64,000 nucleotides of DNA from Candidatus Obscuribacteraceae bacterium (GTDB lineage Bacteria > Cyanobacteriota > Vampirovibrionia > Obscuribacterales > Obscuribacteraceae), in NCBI GenBank assembly GCA_044226015.1, contig JBGAHS010000005.1, forward strand, positions 480,001 through 544,000, written 5' to 3'. Position numbers and translations under genes: made by a program. The notes below the pieces were generated by a model. It saw nothing but the letters and a program-made list of their open reading frames with translations. It was not told the DNA's origin and searched no databases. Positions 49,172 to 58,200 of this stretch are shown in pieces. Positions within the stretch are counted from its first letter, which is position 1. Every line of letters begins with the position of its first letter.

Positions 49172-49198
49172 AGAAAGGGCGTCAGTAACGCCCTTTCT
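49172..49198. terminator. Intrinsic terminator after the giant protein gene
   Basis: Perfect 11-bp stem AGAAAGGGCGT-cagta-ACGCCCTTTCT, T-rich on both strands. Confidence 0.8.
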
Positions 49199-49293
49199 GT
49201 TAGATTTCAATTGTGCTCAGTTCCAGCGAGTCTTATTTGCTTTGGTATGGAACGTTGTGACTTGAGCCATGAAGCCATGATTGGCTTCTCGCG

Positions 49294-52200
49294 TTATTGG
49301 TTATTGAATGCCGCCATGCGTGGACGGAAGACTTGTTGATAACGCTCTCCATTGCGATTCATCTGAAGCATTGAAGCAACAGTCTTCATCAAATGGCTGC
49401 TTAATTTTCTAGCTTCTGGATGCTGTGAGTTGCACAAGGTCTTCAGAGGCTTGATTGATGCAATCGCCGAAGGAATCGAGTATTCAGCGCTGAATACTTT
49501 CATTCCATTGCCGAGATCTTGCTCCTTGATGTTGCGGTAAGCAATTGCCTCGACAGCATTCACCTGACCAAAGTCCTTGATATTCGCATTCGTGATCGTC
49601 AAATGGCGACCTGGTGCGATGTGCATTCTGTGCTCGCCAGCTTTTACGTGGACTGCATCTCTGTGCTGGTCATCCAGGTTGAAGATTGCAGTTCCGAGTG
49701 AAGAGCTGAATACGAGGGCCACGGATTTAGCTGCGATTTCAACATCACCAAACGGAGTCTTAACCACGGTGTCAACGAACGGAGCAAACAGTACCGAACC
49801 TTTTGCCAGGTCAACAACTTTGTGTTCGCTGCTCAGGCTGCTTGCTGAGCTTGTGAAACCAAAGTCTTTATCGCTGGAGAATGTGGCGTCGGCGTTTCCG
49901 AATCCGATAAATCCAGGTGTGAGTTCCTGCGACAATTCAGTCTCGCTGACTCCGCCTTGAAGCATCTTTGCGATAGATGGATTCACCGTATTGTTGATGT
50001 TTGTTGTTTGAATTGGCATTGCGTAAGCATTGCTGCCAAAGTTGCTACTCAGGCTGAACGATTCCTTAGTGCTCGAACCTGGAGTTGCAATGGTCAAGCT
50101 CTGCGAGTTGCCTGCGGTTTTGAGCGCGGAGCTTGCATGTGCCGGTGTCAGTGAGGTCAATGCCGGAGCCGTCAACGCTGCGGAACTTGCTGGTGGGTCA
50201 GCTGTGATTGTCACATTTGTGAGTGTGATTTTGGCTGATGTTCCAGCTTGCATCTGTACGGCAGATTTGTTGACGATATTTACGGTAGTACCGGTCGCAA
50301 CTATTCCTGTCGGAGTTGTACCGAAGAACGCATCTGCTGAAGTCGCGGTTCCAGAAGTCACTACTGAGATGCCCGTTGGAGCCGTGTTGTTGCTCGGCGC
50401 CGGTACCGTACTTCCGATGATGAGGCTTACTTGACCCAGTCTCGGGAAGGTTGTTGGAGAGGTAGGTTTGGTAGTGCTTGCTGCAGTCGTGATGGTGACG
50501 CCACTTTGCAGAGTGATTCCAGAAGTGGCTGCATTTGCCTTTTCTTGAAGCAGTACTGTAGCTGTAGTGCCACTGGCGTTGATCTTCACTCCAGAAGACA
50601 CCGTGAGCAATCCAGTCGTTTGTACAACTGATATGTTGCCAGTCGAGGTTCCCGAGGCAGTGATATCGCTGTTGAACGTGGTGTTGCCTGTGGTGGTTAG
50701 AGTGATTTGATTACCTGTTATTGTTCCAAAGGTCATCGCTGTTGTGGCAGCATCGTTGACGTTCACGAAGCCCTTGGCGTTTATCGAATTGACTTTAGTG
50801 GTGCTTATTTTCAATCCGACCGTGCTCGAAGTTCCTGTGATGTTTCCGTTGCCGCTATTCGTGAGTGTGAGGGTTCCTGTCGCTGAAGTTGTCACTGCAG
50901 CTTTACCGCTTATATCTCCGGTGCTGGCATTCGTGAGTATGATGCTGTTTGCTTTAGAGCCACCGAGAGTGGCACCATTTAGAGCTATGCCACCACTTGC
51001 ACTGATCGTGATGTCGGAAGCGGTACTCAAGGTAGCTGTCATTGCAACTGCTGAAGTCGATAGCAACTCAAACGATTTATTGTTTGGATTTGCCGCTGCA
51101 ACCGTCAAGGTGCTAAGCCCCTGATTGTTCAAGAAGACAGCGCCAGTCGATTTCACAGAAACCGTAGAGGCCGCAATCTTCAATTCATTGCCAGCGCCGA
51201 CTCCAACATTGCCTGTACCGGTGGTGAAGGTGATGGATCCACCCTGCACCAATTGCGTGCCACTGATGTTACCCGTGCCCGCCGCGGTTAAGTTGACCAC
51301 ACCAGTTGTTGGAGTAGCCAGAAGCTTACTGCCAAGGCTCAAGCTGCTATTCGTGCCAGTGGTCTTCAATGTGATGTTAGTGGCAGAAACATCGTTGCCA
51401 GGGTTGACATTGATGCCAGCGCCTGTGGTGCTCACTGAGAAGAGGTTCGAGGCAGTGCCACCATTAAGTTGAAGCTGTCCTCCACCCGTTTGAGTGACGG
51501 AAACTGAGCCCAATGTGCCTGTTCCTGTTGCATTCACCTTACCATTGAATACCGTAGTACCTTTCGTTGTGATAGTGACAGAGCCGTTTCCACTGTTACC
51601 AGCGATAACGTTGCCAACGAAGGTCATTGGTCCAGATGCAGCTACTTTTACTATTCCACCAGCAACCAGGGCTGAATTTACTGTCGCGCCTGTAGTGTTG
51701 GCATCGCTTAAATTGATGAGTCCCGTTGTTGAGTTGAGTAGCGCAATCTTATCTGTATTTGTCTTTATTGGAGCAGTTGAGGTGCCGACGTTTCCGCTTG
51801 CACCTGTCTGCATAATAACTCCATTCTGCCCTGTCTTTGTCGACAAGGTACCTGAACCGAGAATGCTCTGAGACGACAAGATCGTTATGCCAGTCGTCGC
51901 TGTTGTGAGGCCGATGGAACCATTCACCGTGATGTTGCCATTTGCTCCGGGCAGCGTGCTTGTGTCGAGAACGACGTTCTTTGCGTTTGTTAGCGATGAG
52001 GTCAACACTATTGCCGAAGTAGATTTCAACGAGAAGACGTTAGTTGCTTTAGCACTTGTTACGGTGAGCGCTGAAGTTCCGAAGGCTGTGTTTTCCAGGT
52101 AAGCATCTGCTGCAGTCTCAGAAAGAGAAGCTGCACTAACTTTGAGCGGAGTTCCTACTGAGCCAGCCGACACAGGAGCTGAGAGGGTCACTGTCTTACC

Positions 52201-55200
52201 GGTGATGGTGCCAGTGCCTGTTCGCAAAATACTCGCTTTTGGAGATTGTATCGTTACACTTCCAGTACTGGATGTCGCTGTGACATCAGCACCCAGCGTT
52301 ATGTTGTCTCCGACAAGGTTGGACGTGGTCTTAATCGTCACAGCAGTACCAGACACCTTGCCTGAAGTAGTGATCGCTCCCGCATGACTCACCGAGAATG
52401 TCCCTATCGACGAGGATGTGTCGACAGTTAGCGGCGCAGTTGCGGTGCTTGTGAGGTTGACTGCTGCCGTCCCCGTAGGACCAGTGGTGCTGGCACTCAC
52501 TTTGCTTGTGTTTATTTTCGCTGTAATTGCGCCTGTCTGAGCAGTTAGAGCGATGGTTGGTGCTGTGAGTACGTTAGAGCCAGGGTTGATGGTGCCTGTT
52601 CCACCAGCGTTCAAAGTGATCGTTGAGGTCGCTGTCAGCGGCTTAGAGATTGCCAACGTACCTGCTTTAGCGCCGCTGGTGTCGAATTTTAGATTTGCCA
52701 CTGCCGACTTGAAAGCGGTGGTTGATGCGAATGTGATACCACCACCGCGGTTTGTCACCGTGATGTTACCTGCTGGTGTACCAGCAACAGAAAGTCCACC
52801 TTTTGTGCCGTTCTTTGCCGAAGTATTTCCTAGCAAGAAAGATGTTGTGCTGTTTGAGTTAAGCGTGATGCTACCACCAGTATCTCCGCTACCATCAGCT
52901 AAGAGATCACCTGTAACCAGCAGATTTCCGATTCCGATGTTTCCAGCCGTCAGCGTGATGCCTGCTCCGCCGTGCTTGGTGGCAGGAACGTTTGTGATGA
53001 TAACGCCTTTAGTCGGATCGTAAGTCAAATCGCCGTTGTTGCTGATTGTCGCAGAACCTAGTTTTCCAGAATTACTACCCGCACCGACATTGATTGTCAT
53101 AATCGCATTGGTCGGTGCAAACGCTCCTGCAGCGGTACGTTCGAAGGTTGCTGAGCCGCCAGCCACATCGGTACCAGTGCCGCTCACGTCAAGGAAAACT
53201 GAGGTGATGTTGTTGGCAGACGCTGTATTCATGAAATTGTTCGCACGCAGAGCGACATTACCACCTGAACCATCCGGGGCTTGTTCGGGGGTAATGATCA
53301 GACCGCCAGGTAGCGGCGTAGTGAAGATGAGAGAACCTGTCAGCGCGCCAGTACCTACTCCGCCAGCCAGCAAGTTGATCGTGTTGGCGTCTGGTATTGC
53401 GTTTACATCATCGAGAGTTATGTTGCCCCCGCCAGTTTGGAGTGTTACTCCTCCTGTCTGGTTTGTTATTTGTCCGACACTGATAGCACCTTTAGTTGTC
53501 GTCACGCTGATGTTGCCGCCGTCCAGGCTGATGGTCTGTCCTGCACCTACAAAAGAGCCAGAGAGGGTTCCATTGTCTCCCTGTATGAACTCTATTGTTG
53601 CCCCTCCCAGGCTCAAATTCAGCGGTGCACCGAGTTCGATGTTCCCGAAGTCAGAGCTTGAACCAACTGTAATTTTCGAAGCTGTCGAATTGTTGAGGGC
53701 TGTCTCATCTATAAACAGACCACCACTGTCTACTCCGAGGCTGATTTTGGTAGAAGGAGAAGCTACGTCAAAAATGACCTGACCTGTTCCAGCGTTGAAG
53801 CTGCCAGCGTTTAGTATGCTGTCAGATTTTATGCTGATTATTTTCGTGGCAGTGACTGCTACGCTGTTGAAGTCTATTGTCTTTCCGACAGCCGCTTGAA
53901 CTGTTACCGATTTAGCTGCGGTGAGTCCGGTACCTGACAGCGTGAGGTCACCATTGCTGACTAAAGTCACTGATTCATTTTTGCTCGTCGCTTGCAGTCC
54001 TGCTAGCGAGGCATTATTTGTGATAAACATGTCTAGTGTGCTGTCTGCGGTTAAGCTGCCTGTGACTGCTGTCGCAAGAGGAGTTTTGGATGAGCCGATA
54101 TTTCCGCCAGCTGACAGCAAGAGGATTCCTGCCGTAATCTGACCTGAATTTGCCGTTGCAATGTCCGCCGACGTCGTTACTGTTATGTCGTCACCATCGG
54201 TACCAACTACATCATTAATTGTGACTCCTGAACCCTGGAACAGAAGGGTATTAGTACCAGCGGTGGTGACCTTGTCGAGGCTAATTGTCGTTGCTACCTT
54301 CACTGTAGCATTGTTTGCTCCGAGGTCGAGAGTGAATCCATTAGTGTTGAAACTGGCTGTTCCACCTTCCTGATCTATAACGAGCGCATAGGGTTGGGCT
54401 GAAATGTCCACATTGGAGGTGAGATTGATACTTCCGGAGTAGCCCGCAGAACCAATCGTCAGTGTTGATGCGTTTATGCTCTGCAAAAGACCAGATGTCA
54501 GGTTGAGACCTTTAGCTGCTGCTCCCAGGTTTATCGCAGTTGCGCCACTTGCCGGTATGATGGACACCGTCGCGCTGCCAGCGTCAATAGCACTGCCGGC
54601 ACCAGGAGCGGTGAATGCAAAATTATCTGTGGCGAGACTGATGTTATTGCTGTTTGACGAAATCGTGAAGCCATTATTCGCAAAGCTGGAGTTTGAGTTG
54701 AGCTGAATAGACACGGTTCCATCTGTTGCAAGGTTTCCTGACAGAGTCAGGTTGCCGACGTTTATGAAACTCACATTTCCTGGACCGGCTGTTGAGGCGG
54801 TCAAGTCTAGGCTTGCTACATTTCCGGTATTTGTAATGTCGACATTGGTCGCGCTGCTTATTTTGAAACTGTTGGTGATCGCAGTGTTGATTGTTCCACT
54901 AACTCCTATGCTACCAGTTTGCGAAGTAAATGTTGCGGTCTTCGCGGTAATCAGGCTGCTTTTGTTATTGGTGTCAATCGTTCCAGCATCGAGGTTGACC
55001 GTGCCTGTAGAACTTTTGATATTGCCATCTACCATCAACGTGTCTGAACTTGTGGTGACGATATCGATTGAGGTGCCAGCAAGTACAGTTGCTGAGCCTG
55101 CGATAGTTACGTTGCCTGTGTTGTTGAGCGACAATTTGAACCCGGCATCTGCCGCGAATGTAATGTCACCAGTATTGGTGATGTCGATATCACCTGTGGC

Positions 55201-58200
55201 CGTCACGTTGATAGCTGTAGCGACAGCGGTGTTCAAAGTGCCACCAGCCTGTCCGAGGATGCTTCCTGCTGCTGAGTTGATGGTTAATGAGTTTGCAGTG
55301 ACTGTGCCGCTTGAGTTGAAATCACCGCCTAATATTGTGACTGAGCCGGTTCCTGCGTTGAGATCGCTTCCGAAAGTGATGGACCCAGTGAGGTTTGCGC
55401 TGGGCAGCAAGGTTCCGCCCTTAATTACCCCATCTTCTACAGTTACAATTCCAGGGTTGCTGATGGTGATCTTGTCACTCGATGTGATAACGACATTGCC
55501 AGCAGTGCCTGCTGAACTGCTGTCCAATCCATTTATAGTGATGTTGTTTCCTAGCACTTTGACGGCGCCAGAACTGCTGGCTCCTGTAGAAGTGATATTG
55601 CCAACAACGATAGATCCGCTGCCTGCATTAGAGCCAGTGCTTGCCACAAGGAAGATGTCGCCGCCGACAGAGGTGTCAGAGCTATCTATGTCAACATTTC
55701 CGAGAACAATCTTACCGCCAGTGCTCGTGCCTGTCAGAGTGTAAGCCGTCTTATTCGGTCCTTCGGTTCCTTTGGTTGCTGGCGTGAAATCTATACCTGC
55801 AATCATCGTCAGGCTGTTACCATGCGATTGAACAGTCAAGTTGCCACCAGTATTAGTGATATCTCCCGCCGCTAGAAATGCAATTGGTCCACTGAAGCTA
55901 AGTGTGGCGACGGTGCTCAAGTCGATGTCGCCGCCGCTGTTGGCTATAGTGCCGGTGCCGCCAACTACCGTAATGTTGATTTTCGAGTTGGGTTGACCTT
56001 GCAGGTCGAAATCACTCACATTTCCATTGAATGTATTGAAGGTGAGGTTCACGGTTGAGTAGTCATTCGGGAAGCTATAAGTTGCACTCGATACATTCAA
56101 GTCGTTTTGAGTTGAGAAGTTTGCAGTTGCTCCAGGAGCGCTACCATCTCCCAGGTTGAAGGTCATGTCTCCTGGACCGAAGTTCAGGTTTCCTGGTGTG
56201 TTCAGGTCGCCATTAGCCGTAATGTTCACAGCCTTCCCGTTTATGACGGAGAAAGAGCCGTTGCCGTTGCCTGTCAGGGTTAGATCTTGGCCAAATGCAC
56301 CAATAATGTTGATGTCGCCGTTGCTTGCATTGAGGCTGCCACTATTGTCGACCGTCAGGGTCGCTGATTTGTTATCGTATGGCTGAATGCTGATAGCACT
56401 TCCCTGCACCACTACTGTGTCATCTACGGTGGTGCTGTCTGCAGTAATTTGGATTTGTCCACCTGCGCTTGTGTTGCTGCTGAAATCAACAATTGCGCTC
56501 TTTATGGTCAGGTTGCCGTCAGTCGTTACCGCACCAGTGGTATTCGGACCTGTAGGCGTGCCTATCTGAAGTGTTAGAGCGCTGCCTGTCTGAAGAACGA
56601 CGTCCTTATTTATTGTTTTTGACACGGAAGTGTTATCAATAAAGCCGTTTACTTCGATGGTGTCGGTGTTAGAAATTACCTGTACTTTTCCACCAGAAGC
56701 AAAACCCGTTGCGTCAATGTTGCCGTTAACTGTGACGGTACCATCACCTTGAACCAGAACATCTCCTGCTCCAGTCAACGTTGTGGAGGTTATTCCGCCC
56801 AACGATACGATATTTTTTGCAACTGCTTCCACATCGCCCTGGGCTGTTATGTTGCCCAAGGGATCTGTGTCACCAATTGAGCCTACTGGTGCACTTATTG
56901 TCACTGAAGAGCCTGATTTCAAATCGAAGCTGCCGTTGACTGAGCCTGTGGCGCTGAGCACCTGAATATGTCCGGCTCCGGTGCTAGAGTCAAGCGCTCC
57001 ATTTAACACCACACTTTTTGCAGCAGTCGCATTTCCTACGTCAATGTTTGAGCTTGAACTAATAGCATCGACAGTGATTGCTCCTGTAGCCGCATCGACT
57101 GTCACAGAGCTTGTGCCCGTGCTGTTGTCGATGGCTCCGCCTACAGTGACATCTCCGCTGTTGGTAGTCGACAGTGCCGCAACCGTGATACTGCCGGTGG
57201 AGCCTATACTGCCAGTACTGATGCCACCTGTTTGCGTAAGCACAGCTACTTTTCCTGTGCCAGCAGAATTGTCGAGTTTGCCTACTGAAATTCCACTTGC
57301 CTTGCTGCTGACACCATCACTGGTGCCGATAAAAATATTGCCCGATGCAGACACATCACCTACTCCGACTACGGCACCAGTGGATGGGTCTATGATCACA
57401 TCGCCAGAGTTTGCTGTGATGTTGAAGCTGTTTCCGATAATGTTGCCTGGACCAGAGCTTAGTGAGATGTTTCCGCCAGTGCTGGTCAAATTACCATTCA
57501 AGGTCAAGTCGTTGATGCCTTGCAGCGTGATGTCACCAGTCGTAGTGTCGATAGCATTTACTGTGAGGGTGCCTGCCGTAATGCTGACACTCTTATCGCC
57601 ACCATCAATGCTGAAGTTATTCGTGTCGACGAGATTGCTTGTGGAAAGGCTGAAATTGAACAAACCCGAGTTTACGATGTTATCGTTCAAAGTGATTGTG
57701 CCTGAGAAAGTCTTAGCATCACCAATCTGAAGTGTGCCTGCATTGACTTGTGTTAGGGAGGTGGTGTCGAAGTAATTTCCAGTTCCGCCTACGGCTATAT
57801 CAACATTAGAGGTTGATGGTATGAGAACGACTGTTCCGTTTGAGCCTGCATCAATCAAAGTGCCACTAGTGGCGAAATCAATTGAGTCGCTCACCAGAGT
57901 TATATTTGAAAGAAGTCCATTAGAAACAATTGGAGAATTAAGCTGGATTGAAGGCGCAGTCAAGGAAATGTCATTGATCGAAGTGATACCTGTTACCGAT
58001 AATGCTCCTACCGTCACTCCGTCAACAATCATATTGTTCTTTGAAGACACGTATATGCCGCCATCGCTGAGAACCCCCAGGCTCGGTAATGCACCGGTCA
58101 GGAGCAGAGGGTCAGTGGAACTGCCCACATCGAGGGCTGCGGATATGGCTACTAGCGGAGCGTTGATGGCACCTTTGTTTGTTGAGAGTACACTGCCAGC